Of a stretch of DNA of 64,000 bases, positions 40,191 to 50,763 are shown piece after piece. The notes beneath the pieces are model-generated. The model worked only from the letters and a program-made list of their open reading frames with translations. It did not search any database and had not been told where the DNA came from. Numbering within the stretch: the stretch's first letter is position 1; each line of letters begins with the position of its first letter. Position numbers and translations under genes: made by a program. Origin of the DNA: Betaproteobacteria bacterium (GTDB lineage: Bacteria; Pseudomonadota; Gammaproteobacteria; Burkholderiales; Burkholderiaceae_C); the NCBI GenBank assembly GCA_025354965.1, contig JANXLW010000158.1:5266-69265 (forward strand), in the 5' to 3' direction.

Positions 40191-40271
40191 GAGGTAGTGC
40201 AAAAGTATGTCGATTTGCTATGCAATAGGTGGCGACTCGATAGCGCTGGCATTCATCGCAAAAAATAGCAA

Positions 40272-41360
40272 CTAATTTCTGCCGAAGGTATAGCTGCTCG
40301 CAGTTTCAATTCCCTCGACGCGCTCAATCAAGCGAAGTAGCGGTTTAAGTTCGCGGTAGCGCTCGCAGGTAGCACGTAGATAGTTGATAAAGCGTGGTGT
40401 ATCCGCCAGGTACTGCGGCTTGCCATCGCGCAGCGTGAGTCGGGCAAAAATGCCGGCCACTTTCAAGTGACGCTGCAGCCCCATCCAGTCGACTGCGCGG
40501 TAAAAATCACCAAAGTCGTGACCTACCGGCAGGCCGGCTTTTCGAGCCTTTTCCCAATAACGGATGGTGATATCAAGACAAAAATCCTCTTCCCAGCTCA
40601 GGAACGCATCGCGCATCAGACTGGCAATATCGTAAGTGATGGGGCCATACACCGCGTCCTGAAAATCCAGCACACCGAGGCACGCATGCTTGGCATCACC
40701 GGAGATCATTAGGTTTCTGGGCATAAAGTCGCGGTGCACATACACGCTGGGCCAGGCCAGATTGCGAGCAATGATGGTTTCAAAGGACTGGTCAAGTATG
40801 CGTCGCACGTCGCCATCGACTGCCACCCCCCGGTGGGCTGTCAGATACCAGGTGGGGAATAGTTCCAACTCGCGTCGCAACAGCGCTTCATCATAGGGCG
40901 GCAGCACACCAGGAACTGATGCTGTCTGCCACGCAATCAGCGCGTCAATGGCTTGCAGATACAGACTCTGGTTGGAGTGTGGCTGGCTCTGGTCAAGCAC
41001 CTGCATCATGGTTTGCGCACCCAAATCGGTGAGTAACATGAAGCCATTGTTTTTATCCCAAGCCAGCACCTGTGGCACGTTTACCCCGGCCTCCCGCATT
41101 AGCTGGGCCACTTTGACGAAGGGGTGACAGTCTTCCCTGTCGGTTGGCGCGTCCATGATAATGTAACTGCGGTGCGACGAATCAACGCGGAAATAGCGTC
41201 GAAAACTCGCGTCTGCCGAGGCATTACGCACCGAGTTGATAATCAGACCGTGGGCGCTTGCCTCCGCCGCCAGCCAGGCGTTGAATTCGACGGCGCGTCG
41301 TGCGTCGGACCAGACGGGAGCAATGACCGCAACGGATTCAGGATTCTTGGCTTGGCTCAT
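40272..41360 (-). CDS. Aminoglycoside-phosphotransferase-fold kinase, AmgK-like (anomeric MurNAc/GlcNAc kinase family)
   Basis: 362 aa with kinase motifs VHRDFMPRNLM and LDFQDA. Divergent from lptD, as for amgK in pseudomonads (recalled synteny). Confidence 0.7.
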   Translation of the reverse strand: MSQAKNPESVAVIAPVWSDARRAVEFNAWLAAEASAHGLIINSVRNASADASFRRYFRVDSSHRSYIIMDAPTDREDCHPFVKVAQLMREAGVNVPQVLAWDKNNGFMLLTDLGAQTMMQVLDQSQPHSNQSLYLQAIDALIAWQTASVPGVLPPYDEALLRRELELFPTWYLTAHRGVAVDGDVRRILDQSFETIIARNLAWPSVYVHRDFMPRNLMISGDAKHACLGVLDFQDAVYGPITYDIASLMRDAFLSWEEDFCLDITIRYWEKARKAGLPVGHDFGDFYRAVDWMGLQRHLKVAGIFARLTLRDGKPQYLADTPRFINYLRATCERYRELKPLLRLIERVEGIETASSYTFGRN

Positions 41361-41438
41361 GGATAATCCATTCTACAAACTTGACCGCTCTGGTGTTCGT
41401 TTTCAACCTGCCCAAATGATCGATACCACCTCTGCCCG

Positions 41439-43856
41439 ATGCGCCTTTTCCTGCATGATCTGAGATACAGGGCGACTCAGCTCCGTTTTTTCCGCAGGTC
41501 GGCCACCTGGCTGGGGTGGGCGTTGCTACAGGGAACGTCACTGAATGCCCAGATGGTTCCGATAGATGTGGCGCAGGTCACGCAGGCGCAGTTCGAACGG
41601 CCCCTAAAGAGCAGCTCGCTACTGCAAGAGCAGATAGCACCCACTTCGGGTGGCACCTTGCCGACGTTCGTCTATGGTGTGCGCATCTTTGGGCGGCCCG
41701 ACCTGGAAACCGTGGTGCAAGGGGATGCGGTGCTGCGCCGTCGCGACATGGTGATCAAGGCGTACCGACTGGATTATGACCAGCCCAGTGATTTGGCGAA
41801 AGCAAGTGGTAACGTTTTGGTCAACCGCGCAGGAAATGTGTATGCCGGACCGCTGCTTGAGCTAAAACTTGACACCTTTGAAGGCTTCTTCATTCAACCG
41901 CGTTACTTTTTTTTAAATAACGGGGCGCACGGCGAAGCTGATCGAGTTGATTTTATTGATGAGCAAAGGACGATCATCAGCAATGCCAGTTTCACTACTT
42001 GCCGCCGCTTGCCAGGACCGAGTTGGATGCCGGACTGGATTTTGCGTGCAACCACTATCCGCATGGACACCGAGGAAGATGTGGGCACGGCTGAAGGGGC
42101 ATTGCTAAGTTTCAAGGGAGTTCCTCTGTTACCCATTCCTTACCTGAGCTTTCCCCTGAGCGACCGGCGCAAATCAGGATTCTTGCCCCCCACTTTGGGA
42201 TTGGACAATGTCAACGGAGCGGAAGTCGCGGTTCCGTACTATTGGGATATTGCGCCTAACCGGGACGCGACCTTTACGCCCACGCTGATGAGTAAGCGGG
42301 GTCTCAATGTGGGCAGCGAGATGCGCTATCTCGAAGCGGATTACTCGGGTCAGTTGCGTCTGGACATCATGCTCGCGGATCAATTGCGAGACAGTAATCG
42401 CTGGGGCTTGGCATACACGCACCAGGCAACGATCAAAAACTCGCTAACCAATCACGTGACCGACGGCGATGCAGTGTTGAACCTCAACTTGAACCGCGTC
42501 AGTGATGACAATTATTGGCGCGACTTCACTCGCACATCAAGCTCGTTAACCCAGCGTCTGTTGTCCAATGATGCCTCGCTATCCTGGAGCCGCGGCAATT
42601 TCACTAACAGTGTGCGCACTCTGAAATGGCAAACCCTGCAAGATGTGACTGCACCCATTACGCCACCTTACGACCGAATGCCTCAGTTGGTTACTCGCTA
42701 CGACGGATATAACGGCGATGGGTTCAACTATTCCGTCACTGCGGACTACACCCGATTTCAAGCTGATGGCGCTCTTACTGGACAACCCAATGCCCAGCGT
42801 GCTTTCTCTATGATGCAGATCAGCCATCCTTGGACCGCGGCGGCCGGATTTATTTCGCCGAAGCTGCAGCTTCATGCCACCGTCTACCAGTTTGACACGT
42901 CTACTGGCAACGGCTCCGATACGGCAAATCGCATGCTGCCGACTTTTAGCCTGGACAGTGGTTTGGTATTTGAACGCGACACCAGTTATTTTGGCAAGGT
43001 TTTTCGCCAGACACTGGAACCCAGGGCTTTTTACGTCAACACGCCGTACCGCGACCAGAGCCAGTTGCCCAATTACGACTCGGGCGCCACTGATTTCAAC
43101 TTCGCCAGTGTCTACACAGAAAATGCGTTTGTCGGCAATGATCGAATTTCTGATAGCAACTTACTCACTTTGGGTGCGACAACACGTCTGTTGGATCCGA
43201 CATCGGGTGCGGAGGCTGCGCGATTTGGCATCGCGCAACGATTGCGTTTCAAAGATCAGAATGTAACTCTGCCGGGCGGCACAACGGTGGCTGATCGACT
43301 CAGCGACCTGTTATTGGGTGCGTCACTCAACTGGGATCCTAGTTGGGCTTTTGACTCTACCGTTCAGTTCAACCCGAAAACAGAGCAGTCAGTACGCTCT
43401 ACCATTGGCGCGCGTTACAACCCAAGCAATTACCGGACCGTGACGGCCGCTTATCGATACCAGCGAGATTCCAGTGAGCAGCTAGACGTCGGCTGGCAAT
43501 GGCCTCTCAACGACCTGTGGGGCGATAGAGGACAGGATCTGGGGTCTGGGGGGGGGCAGGGGATGGGTCGCTGGTACAGCGTGGGGCGCCTCAATTACAG
43601 TTTGAATGAAAGGAAATTGGTCGATGCCATCATTGGATTTGAGTACGATGCGGGTTGCTGGCTTGGTCGAGCGGTGCTTGAGCAGCTTCAGACCAGTACG
43701 TCTTCGGCGACCCAGCGAATCATGTTTCAACTAGAGTTTGTCGGATTCACACGTTTGGGCGTCAGCCCTTTGAAAACCTTGAAAGACAACATTGCAGGTT
43801 ACCAGTATCTGCGTGAGCCAATGAGCTCTCCCAGTCGTTTCAGTAATTACGAATAA
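41439..43856 (+). CDS. lptD: LPS assembly outer-membrane protein LptD
   Basis: 805 aa. OstA N-domain then a large beta-barrel. Followed by surA. The exact start is uncertain. Confidence 0.93.
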   Translation: MRLFLHDLRYRATQLRFFRRSATWLGWALLQGTSLNAQMVPIDVAQVTQAQFERPLKSSSLLQEQIAPTSGGTLPTFVYGVRIFGRPDLETVVQGDAVLRRRDMVIKAYRLDYDQPSDLAKASGNVLVNRAGNVYAGPLLELKLDTFEGFFIQPRYFFLNNGAHGEADRVDFIDEQRTIISNASFTTCRRLPGPSWMPDWILRATTIRMDTEEDVGTAEGALLSFKGVPLLPIPYLSFPLSDRRKSGFLPPTLGLDNVNGAEVAVPYYWDIAPNRDATFTPTLMSKRGLNVGSEMRYLEADYSGQLRLDIMLADQLRDSNRWGLAYTHQATIKNSLTNHVTDGDAVLNLNLNRVSDDNYWRDFTRTSSSLTQRLLSNDASLSWSRGNFTNSVRTLKWQTLQDVTAPITPPYDRMPQLVTRYDGYNGDGFNYSVTADYTRFQADGALTGQPNAQRAFSMMQISHPWTAAAGFISPKLQLHATVYQFDTSTGNGSDTANRMLPTFSLDSGLVFERDTSYFGKVFRQTLEPRAFYVNTPYRDQSQLPNYDSGATDFNFASVYTENAFVGNDRISDSNLLTLGATTRLLDPTSGAEAARFGIAQRLRFKDQNVTLPGGTTVADRLSDLLLGASLNWDPSWAFDSTVQFNPKTEQSVRSTIGARYNPSNYRTVTAAYRYQRDSSEQLDVGWQWPLNDLWGDRGQDLGSGGGQGMGRWYSVGRLNYSLNERKLVDAIIGFEYDAGCWLGRAVLEQLQTSTSSATQRIMFQLEFVGFTRLGVSPLKTLKDNIAGYQYLREPMSSPSRFSNYE
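43541..43567 (+). other. G-quadruplex-type motif with a G9 homopolymer inside lptD
   Basis: GGGGtctGGGGGGGGGcaGGGGatGGG encoding LGSGGGQGMG. Confidence 0.6.
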
Positions 43857-43862
43857 TCAATC

Positions 43863-45230
43863 ATGACCCATCGCCTTTTTCTTCTGAGCATCGCCAGTGT
43901 TGCTTTGCTTGCGTCCTTCACATCGCATGCACAGGGTTTGCGGCCGTCTGCCAGCACTGGAATTGGCGCGCCCGTTCTCCGCGTCCAGTCCGGCCCGCAG
44001 CTTCAGGCCGATTTCATCGTGGCTGTAGTCAATTCCGAGCCCATCACCAATAGCGAGGTGCAGTCGGAACTGCAACGAGTGCTGCAACAATTGACTCAAC
44101 AGCGCAGGGCTGTGCCGGACCGCAAAGAGCTGGAGCGCCAGGTTCTCGAGAGCCTTATCAATCAGAAGGTACAGCTTCAACTGGCGCGTGAGTCTGGTAT
44201 TCGTGTCGATGAGGCAGCGGTTGACCAGGCGCTACAAAACATCGCCCGCCAAAATCAGATGGACGTGGGCGAATTGCAGCGCCGGATTGCCGCCGAGGGT
44301 GGTGTCCTCAGCCAGTTTCGGGCTCAACTGCGGGACCAACTCATGCTGACCCGTTTGCGTGAGCGCGACGTCGAGCCACGCGTGCGAGTATCCGATCTTG
44401 AAGTCGACCAATACCTGCGCGAACAGCAGAACAATAAAGATCCCGCAGCCATTGAAATCAATCTGGCCCAGATACTGGTGAACGTGCCGGATGCGGCCAC
44501 CTCAGAGCAGATTTCGGCCCTGCAAGCCAAGGCCCAGCGCGCGCTGGATCGTGCCCGTGCCGGCGAAGACTTCGGCCTCCTGGTGGCGGAATTCTCGGAT
44601 GCCTCAGATCGCTCCAACGGAGGCCGGCTTGGTTTGCGTACAGCAGACCGCTATCCGCCATTGTTCATCGAGGCGACCCAATCCTTGGGCGTTGGGGAGC
44701 TCGCTGCGATAGTGCGCTCAGGCGCTGGCTTTCACGTACTTAAAGTAGTTGAAAAGAAAAGTGCTGGCATGCCTGCCATGACCACAACGCAGAGTCGGGC
44801 ACGACATATTCTGTTGCGTGTCAGCCCGCAATTGAGCGAGGCCGCCGCGCGCGACAAGTTGAACGAATTCAAGAAGCGCATCGTGGCCGGGCAGGCCGAT
44901 TTTGCGGCGCTGGCGCGGGAAAATTCCCAGGATGGCAGTGCCGCTCAGGGCGGCGACTTGGGGTGGGCCAATCCGGGCATGTTCGTGCCGGAGTTTGAGG
45001 AGGTTATGAACCGTCTTGTGCCGAGTCAAATCAGCGACCCGCTGGTGTCGCGCTTTGGCGTCCACCTAATTCAACTCGTTGAACGTCGCAGCGCCACGTT
45101 GAATCCGCGCGAGCAACGCGAGTCGGTGCGAGCCATGTTGCGGGAAAAAAAGCTTGACGAAGTCTACGTCAATTGGGCGCAGGAGCAGCGTGGCCGCGCT
45201 TACGTCGAACTGCGCGAGTCACCGCTATAA
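43863..45230 (+). CDS. surA: Periplasmic chaperone / peptidyl-prolyl isomerase SurA
   Basis: Signal peptide and two parvulin domains (GGRLGL..., GGDLGW...). 455 aa. Confidence 0.93.
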   Translation: MTHRLFLLSIASVALLASFTSHAQGLRPSASTGIGAPVLRVQSGPQLQADFIVAVVNSEPITNSEVQSELQRVLQQLTQQRRAVPDRKELERQVLESLINQKVQLQLARESGIRVDEAAVDQALQNIARQNQMDVGELQRRIAAEGGVLSQFRAQLRDQLMLTRLRERDVEPRVRVSDLEVDQYLREQQNNKDPAAIEINLAQILVNVPDAATSEQISALQAKAQRALDRARAGEDFGLLVAEFSDASDRSNGGRLGLRTADRYPPLFIEATQSLGVGELAAIVRSGAGFHVLKVVEKKSAGMPAMTTTQSRARHILLRVSPQLSEAAARDKLNEFKKRIVAGQADFAALARENSQDGSAAQGGDLGWANPGMFVPEFEEVMNRLVPSQISDPLVSRFGVHLIQLVERRSATLNPREQRESVRAMLREKKLDEVYVNWAQEQRGRAYVELRESPL

Positions 45231-45247
45231 GGCCCAGCACCTACCAC

Positions 45248-46030
45248 ATGAAACACGTTCCTCGCAAACGGTTTGGACAGCATTTTCTGGCCGATAGCGG
45301 CATTGTTGAAACAATTGTCAATGAGATTGCACCCAAGCCGGGGCAGACTATGGTGGAAATCGGACCTGGTCTGGCGGCCCTGACACAGCCGTTGGTGGAG
45401 CGCCTGGGTCACCTCACAGTTATTGAGTTGGACCGCGACCTGGCGCAGCGCCTGCGCTCGCATCCGCAGCTTACCGTGATTGAATCTGATGTGCTGAAAG
45501 TGGACTTAGCCGAGCTTGCATGCTCCGCGGCGACCGCCAGCAACACAAAATTCAGAGTAGTTGGCAACTTACCCTACAACATCTCCACACCCATATTGTT
45601 TCATTTGCTGAAGTTTGTCGAAGTTATCGAAGACCAGCATTTCATGCTGCAAAAGGAAGTTGTCGACCGGATGGTGGCGAGCCCAGAGACCTCGGATTAT
45701 GGTCGTTTGAGCGTTATGTTGCAGTGGCGTTATTCCATGGAAAATATACTTTTGGTGCCGCCTGAGAGTTTCCAGCCGCCGCCGCGGGTTCACAGCGCAG
45801 TGGTGCGCATGGTGCCGCGCGAGGACCCGGCGGTCATTGATGTCACACTCTTGAGTGAACTTGTGCAAGTTGCCTTTAGTCAACGCCGCAAACTGATGCG
45901 CCATACGTTGGGCAAATGGCTTTTTGAGCGGGAATATCCAGGTGAGTTTGACGTCCAGCGTCGCGCTGAAGAAGTCCCGGTGACCGAATACCTGGCATTA
46001 GCAGAGCAAATTAGCAATGCCGGACATTAG
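45248..46030 (+). CDS. rsmA: 16S rRNA (adenine1518/1519-N6)-dimethyltransferase
   Basis: [14 protein letters not shown]...[10 protein letters not shown]...NLPYNISTP. Confidence 0.95.
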   Translation: MKHVPRKRFGQHFLADSGIVETIVNEIAPKPGQTMVEIGPGLAALTQPLVERLGHLTVIELDRDLAQRLRSHPQLTVIESDVLKVDLAELACSAATASNTKFRVVGNLPYNISTPILFHLLKFVEVIEDQHFMLQKEVVDRMVASPETSDYGRLSVMLQWRYSMENILLVPPESFQPPPRVHSAVVRMVPREDPAVIDVTLLSELVQVAFSQRRKLMRHTLGKWLFEREYPGEFDVQRRAEEVPVTEYLALAEQISNAGH

Positions 46031-46046
46031 AGGACTCAATGCCAAG

Positions 46047-46079
46047 AAAAAAGCCCACCGCTTCACGTGGGCCTTTTCC
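46047..46079. terminator. Bidirectional intrinsic terminator (stronger on the minus strand)
   Basis: aaaaaaGCCCACcgcttcacGTGGGCcttttcc. On the minus strand the stem is followed by TTTTTT. Confidence 0.65.
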
Positions 46080-46297
46080 GATCAGTTGCCAGATAGTTCA
46101 GGCAGCAGTTAACCAATACCCTGCGTTGAATGGACTGCTCATGCGCAGCGCCAGTGGTGATATATCCAACAACTTATCGGTTGGCATTTTTTCTCCGGAT
46201 TCGGTAGTAAGTTCAATGCCGGATACTGCGCGGTTGCCAGTGTCCGTCCCATTTGCCTCGTTCGCCCGTTCTGCTTGGCTGTTTTGCGCAGAACGGG

Positions 46298-46786
46298 CTA
46301 CAGAAAAGAATAAAAACATCGGAACGGTATTTTGCGATCGCTCCAATAATCGGCGGCATCGCGAAAGATGTCGAGTAGCTGCTCACGTGCTTCTTTGTCG
46401 AACTTGGCGTTGGCAGGAATGTGTTCCAACACCACGATGAAGCCAGGCTGAGGGCCAGACTTGTGCAGCGGGTCTGTCATGCTGTCATAGAGTGCATCAA
46501 AATTCTTGCCAACATGCACCGACAACATGAACTGCTGACCGATCAGGTCCAAAACGTCTTGCTTGGTCTGGGCGTTAGCCAGATTGGCGTACAGAAAATG
46601 TTGACCCAGAGACCGGGCGGCATCCTGCAGCTCCTGAACCCTGAAGGCGCGGATTGACTGGACAATGTTTGGCCGTACGCCGCGAAGCGGCACGTCCGAC
46701 GTAGCACGCTGTGGCGCTGATAGTTCTTGATTAAGTGACATATTCATTCCCGCTTCACTTTTCAAAGTGACAAAATTAACACTCAT
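46298..46786 (-). CDS. Barstar-family ribonuclease inhibitor with ~45-aa N-terminal extension
   Basis: KQDVLDLIGQQF...GKNFDALYDSMTD...GFIVVLEHI matches the barstar pattern. The ATG overlaps the RNase stop (ATGA). Confidence 0.8.
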   Translation of the reverse strand: MSVNFVTLKSEAGMNMSLNQELSAPQRATSDVPLRGVRPNIVQSIRAFRVQELQDAARSLGQHFLYANLANAQTKQDVLDLIGQQFMLSVHVGKNFDALYDSMTDPLHKSGPQPGFIVVLEHIPANAKFDKEAREQLLDIFRDAADYWSDRKIPFRCFYSFL

Positions 46787-47175
46787 GGCACGATCTTGCG
46801 GAAGCTCGCGTAGTGATCATCAGAGTAAAAACAAATGTCCGGCGCCTTGGCTTGCCCTCCGCACACAATACGCCGGGCTCCCCGGTCGCGCGAACCCGGC
46901 GTCATGACGGTGTATTCGCGGTAGTAGCCCCGGTTTTGCGACGGCAGTAAGCGCTCACGGTTCGCAAAAACAAGGCCATCCTTTTCATGAGGAAACGGAC
47001 CACCCCGAAGGATCAGTTCATAGGCCTGGGCGCCATGCCTTGGTAAATCGGCCGCCGAAATCACGGCTAAAGTGCCGTCCGGTGCCGACCCCCGGGTCTG
47101 CACACCCGCGCTGGCAACAACCGCGCCCAGCAAAAATACGGCGACTACAAACTTGAGTCTTTTCAGGCACCACAT
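46783..47175 (-). CDS. Secreted guanyl-specific ribonuclease (RNase Sa / N1-T1-barnase superfamily)
   Basis: Signal peptide, then GGPFPHEKDGLVFANRERLLPSQNRGYYREYTVMTPGSRDRGARRIVCG...DDHYASF. This aligns nearly block for block with RNase Sa (GPFPYSQDGVVFQNRESVLP...YYHEYTVITPGARTRGTRRIICG...GDHYATF). Confidence 0.9.
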   Translation of the reverse strand: MWCLKRLKFVVAVFLLGAVVASAGVQTRGSAPDGTLAVISAADLPRHGAQAYELILRGGPFPHEKDGLVFANRERLLPSQNRGYYREYTVMTPGSRDRGARRIVCGGQAKAPDICFYSDDHYASFRKIVP

Positions 47176-47329
47176 GAAAGAATTCCCACAACACCGCAGG
47201 ATAACCCGACAAATTCAAGGCTCCGAGTGTCGCGCATTTATATGAAAAATGCAAGTGATTGCCTAAAAAATAGGCAGTAACTAACGAACCAATTGATTTG
47301 TGGGTGTGCGCTGACTTTGGATAAACTGA

Positions 47330-49639
47330 TTACCGAGTGGCGTTTGCATCGGCGACGGTCAATGCGGTCATATTGACGATCCGACGCACCGTAGCGCTAG
47401 CAGTCAAAATATGCACTGGTTTGGCTGCACCCAGCAATACCGGACCGATAGCAATATTGCCGCCAGCTGCAGTTTTCAGCAGGTTGTAAGCAATATTCGC
47501 AGCGTCAATATTGGGTAATACCAGCAGGTTGGCGTCACCCGATAGCGTGCTGTTGGGCATGAGGACAGCTCGTGCGTGACCGTCAAGTGCTACGTCACCG
47601 TGCATCTCGCCGTCGACCTCGAGCCAAGGGGTTTGAGTTCGCAACAAGTCCAATGTCTTTCGCATTTTGAGAGCGCTGGGTTGTCCACTGCTGCCAAAGT
47701 TGGAGTGGGACAGCAGGGCGGCCTTGGGGCGGATGCCAAATCGCATCATTTCCTCGGCCGCCATGGTGGTGATCTCGGCCAATTGTTCGGCAGTGGGATC
47801 GTAGTTGACATGCGTATCAACCAAAAATAACTGACGCTCCGGCAGCAGTACGCAATTCATGCAGGCATAGGTGTTGACGCCTGATCGCATGCCTATGACC
47901 TGATCCATGTATTGAAGGTGCATGGAAGTGCTGCCCCAGGTACCACAAATCAGTCCATCAACATCGCCCTTGTGCAGCAGCATCGCGCCTATAAGCGTCA
48001 AGCGTCGGCGCATTTCAATTTTGGCTACTTGAGCAGTCATGCCCTTGCGTTCGGTCATGCGGTGATAGGTTTGCCAGAAGTCCCGATACCGATGGTCTTG
48101 TTCAACGTTCACCACGTTGTAATCTTCATCTTGGCGCAGGCGCAGACCAAACTTTTCGATACGTTCGGCAATGACCAGCGGGCGACCGATAAGGGTTGGC
48201 AGGGCAAGTCCCTCGTCGACCACAATCTGGGCAGCGCGCAAGACGCGTTCTTCCTCGCCCTCGGCATACGCCACACGGTTTTTGACCCCAACTTTGGCGG
48301 CAGTAAAAATTGGTTTCATCACCGTGCCAGAGGCGTAGACAAAACTCTGCAACTTCTGCCTGTAGGCCTCCATGTCTTTGATGGGTCGCAACGCAACGCC
48401 GCTGTCCGCCGCGGCTTTGGCTACTGCCGGCGCGATTTTCATCATCAGGCGCGGATCAAATGGTTTGGGAATCAGGTACTCTGGCCCGAACGCCAACTGT
48501 TCGCCTGCATAGGCGGCTGCTACAACCTCACTTTGCTCGGCCTGTGCCAACTCGGCAATCGCGTGAACCGCCGCAATTTCCATTTCAATTGTGATTGTGG
48601 AGGCACCCGCATCCAGCGCTCCACGGAAAATGTAAGGGAAACAAAGTACGTTGTTGACCTGGTTGGGATAATCTGAGCGACCGGTGGCGATGATCGCATC
48701 GTCACGTACCGCCCTGACTTCTTCCGGTGAAATTTCTGGCGTTGGATTGGCCAGGGCAAATATCAGCGGGTTGACCGCCATTTTCTTCACCATGTCGGCC
48801 TTGAGCACCCCGCCCGCTGACAATCCCAGGAAAACGTCAGCCCCTTCAATGACTTCGCCCAGTGTGCGGGCCGAGGTGTTTTGGCTGAAAACGATCTTGT
48901 CGGCATCCATCAGCTCGGTGCGCCCTTCATAGACCACGCCAGCCAGATCCGTGACGTAAATGCTTTCGCGCGGAATACCTAACTTGACCAGCAACCCCAG
49001 ACAAGCCAACGCTGCCGCGCCGGCGCCAGACGTCACCAGCTTGATTTTCTTCGGGTCTTTGCCCACTACTTTAAGACCATTCAAAATAGCTGCGCCAACA
49101 CAGATGGCGGTGCCATGCTGGTCGTCATGGAACACTGGTATCTTCATGCGCTCGCGCAGTTTGCGCTCGACATAGAAGCAATCTGGCGCCTTGATATCTT
49201 CCAGGTTGATACCACCAAAAGTGGGTTCCAGCGACGCGATGATGTCGACCAGTTTGTCGAGGTCGTGCTTTTCGTTGATCTCGATGTCAAAAACATCGAT
49301 CCCGGCGAATTTCTTGAACAACACCGCCTTGCCCTCCATCACCGGTTTAGCTGCCAGCGGGCCAATGTCACCCAGTCCCAACACGGCAGTGCCGTTGGTA
49401 ATGACGGCGACCAGATTTCCGCGGCTGGTGTATTTGAAGGCGTTGTTGGGATCTTTGACTATTTCTTCACACGGTGCTGCGACACCGGGCGAATAGGCCA
49501 GTCCGAGGTCATGCTGGTTGACAAGCTGTTTAGTCGCAGCAATGCGTATTTTTCCAGGTGTCGGGAACTCGTGGTACTCGAGGGCGGCGCGACGCAACAC
49601 GGCGCGTTTATCTTCGGCGGTGGCGGTGGTATGGGGCAT
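47330..49639 (-). CDS. maeB: NADP-dependent malic enzyme (malic enzyme + phosphotransacetylase-like domain)
   Basis: About 769 aa. The N-terminal malic enzyme/NAD-binding part is followed by a PTA-like C-terminus. Start set at the ATG preceded by AGGAGA. Confidence 0.93.
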   Translation of the reverse strand: MPHTTATAEDKRAVLRRAALEYHEFPTPGKIRIAATKQLVNQHDLGLAYSPGVAAPCEEIVKDPNNAFKYTSRGNLVAVITNGTAVLGLGDIGPLAAKPVMEGKAVLFKKFAGIDVFDIEINEKHDLDKLVDIIASLEPTFGGINLEDIKAPDCFYVERKLRERMKIPVFHDDQHGTAICVGAAILNGLKVVGKDPKKIKLVTSGAGAAALACLGLLVKLGIPRESIYVTDLAGVVYEGRTELMDADKIVFSQNTSARTLGEVIEGADVFLGLSAGGVLKADMVKKMAVNPLIFALANPTPEISPEEVRAVRDDAIIATGRSDYPNQVNNVLCFPYIFRGALDAGASTITIEMEIAAVHAIAELAQAEQSEVVAAAYAGEQLAFGPEYLIPKPFDPRLMMKIAPAVAKAAADSGVALRPIKDMEAYRQKLQSFVYASGTVMKPIFTAAKVGVKNRVAYAEGEEERVLRAAQIVVDEGLALPTLIGRPLVIAERIEKFGLRLRQDEDYNVVNVEQDHRYRDFWQTYHRMTERKGMTAQVAKIEMRRRLTLIGAMLLHKGDVDGLICGTWGSTSMHLQYMDQVIGMRSGVNTYACMNCVLLPERQLFLVDTHVNYDPTAEQLAEITTMAAEEMMRFGIRPKAALLSHSNFGSSGQPSALKMRKTLDLLRTQTPWLEVDGEMHGDVALDGHARAVLMPNSTLSGDANLLVLPNIDAANIAYNLLKTAAGGNIAIGPVLLGAAKPVHILTASATVRRIVNMTALTVADANATR

Positions 49640-49827
49640 TTTTGTCTCCTGCTGCAATCAGTCTGACCGGTAGGACAGTCCGTCAGCGTCCATAGGAAAC
49701 GGAATTGTAGACTCTGACCCAGGAACCCCACCCACGGCAAAATATGACTCGGACGATCTTGTCAACCGGATGCCAAGCGGCCGGGGCGACGGTTATTGAA
49801 CGACGGTGTTCTCTGGGAATCGAATTT

Positions 49828-50727
49828 TCAAGCGGTCATCCTGAGGTTCACCAGGGTTATGCCAACCGCCACCATCAATAGAGAAATGACCAACTTCAGA
49901 GTAACTGGCTCACTGAGCCAGAACGCGCCAAACAGCAAGGCAAAGACGGGTGTGAGAAACACGAATGCCGAGATCCTGGTGGCCGGGTAACGTCCCAACA
50001 TCCACATCCAGGCAAGATAGCTGGCAAACGCACCGACCACAGTTTGCACCAGCAAAGAGCTGATGGCAAAGGTGCTGAACGTCCACACCCAGCGTTCGCC
50101 AAGCAGCAAAGACAGCGTCGGTAATACCGCAGCACTGACTCCCACCTGATACATCAGAAGCTTTTCCGGTGATACCTTCGCCAGCCGTGAGCTTCGAATG
50201 ACCACTGTGGTCAACCCCCAAAACATACCAGCGGCCAGCGCCAGCAAGTCACCTCGCCATTGATTTAAAGGACTGGTTGCGCCCATACCGTCCCGCATCG
50301 CAAGAACGACTGCCGCAAAAGCACATGTCAGACCCAGCCATTGCAATGGGCGAAGCCTTTCCGAAGTTACAAAAAGAGGCAGCAGTACTGCCACCCAGAA
50401 CGGTGAGGTATAGAGAAAAATGGTCAGGCGCGACGCTGCAGAAAACTGCAGCCCGGCGTAAAGGCAGGCAAATTCAAGCGCGAACAGAATGCCCGCCAGC
50501 GACCCCGCGAACAGTGTGCTGTCACGCTGGAACATTGGTACTTGTCGCCACAGACACCATAGCCAAAGCACAACGGTGGCGCCGGCAAAACGCACAGCAG
50601 CCTGAAATACCGGGGGAACCTCTGAAATGGTGGCTTTCACCAGCACCTGCTGGAAACCCCAGAACAGGCAGCATCCCAGTAGCATGGCAACGGCAAGTCC
50701 GTCAAGATGACTTTTGGGTGTTGTCAT
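49828..50727 (-). CDS. DMT-superfamily (EamA) transporter
   Basis: 299 aa, 10 hydrophobic segments, duplicated EamA halves. Confidence 0.85.
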   Translation of the reverse strand: MTTPKSHLDGLAVAMLLGCCLFWGFQQVLVKATISEVPPVFQAAVRFAGATVVLWLWCLWRQVPMFQRDSTLFAGSLAGILFALEFACLYAGLQFSAASRLTIFLYTSPFWVAVLLPLFVTSERLRPLQWLGLTCAFAAVVLAMRDGMGATSPLNQWRGDLLALAAGMFWGLTTVVIRSSRLAKVSPEKLLMYQVGVSAAVLPTLSLLLGERWVWTFSTFAISSLLVQTVVGAFASYLAWMWMLGRYPATRISAFVFLTPVFALLFGAFWLSEPVTLKLVISLLMVAVGITLVNLRMTA

Positions 50728-50763
50728 GCGCAGCTACTTTGCTTTACGGGTTGAACCGCCGAG

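Noticed and set aside
45231-45247. Absence of pdxA between surA and rsmA (E. coli order is surA-pdxA-ksgA)
   Set aside because: Absence of a gene in a 17-nt gap says nothing beyond lineage-specific synteny. There is no remnant or scar to analyse.
46039-46440. 133-aa plus-strand ORF in and beyond the rsmA/barstar gap
   Set aside because: Its 3' half overlaps the barstar gene antisense. I found no RBS or recognisable motif. The gap is treated as non-coding (see finding).
47912-48676. 254-aa ORF on the plus strand
   Set aside because: It is antisense to maeB and is a shadow frame. The same reasoning applies to 49115..49666 (+).
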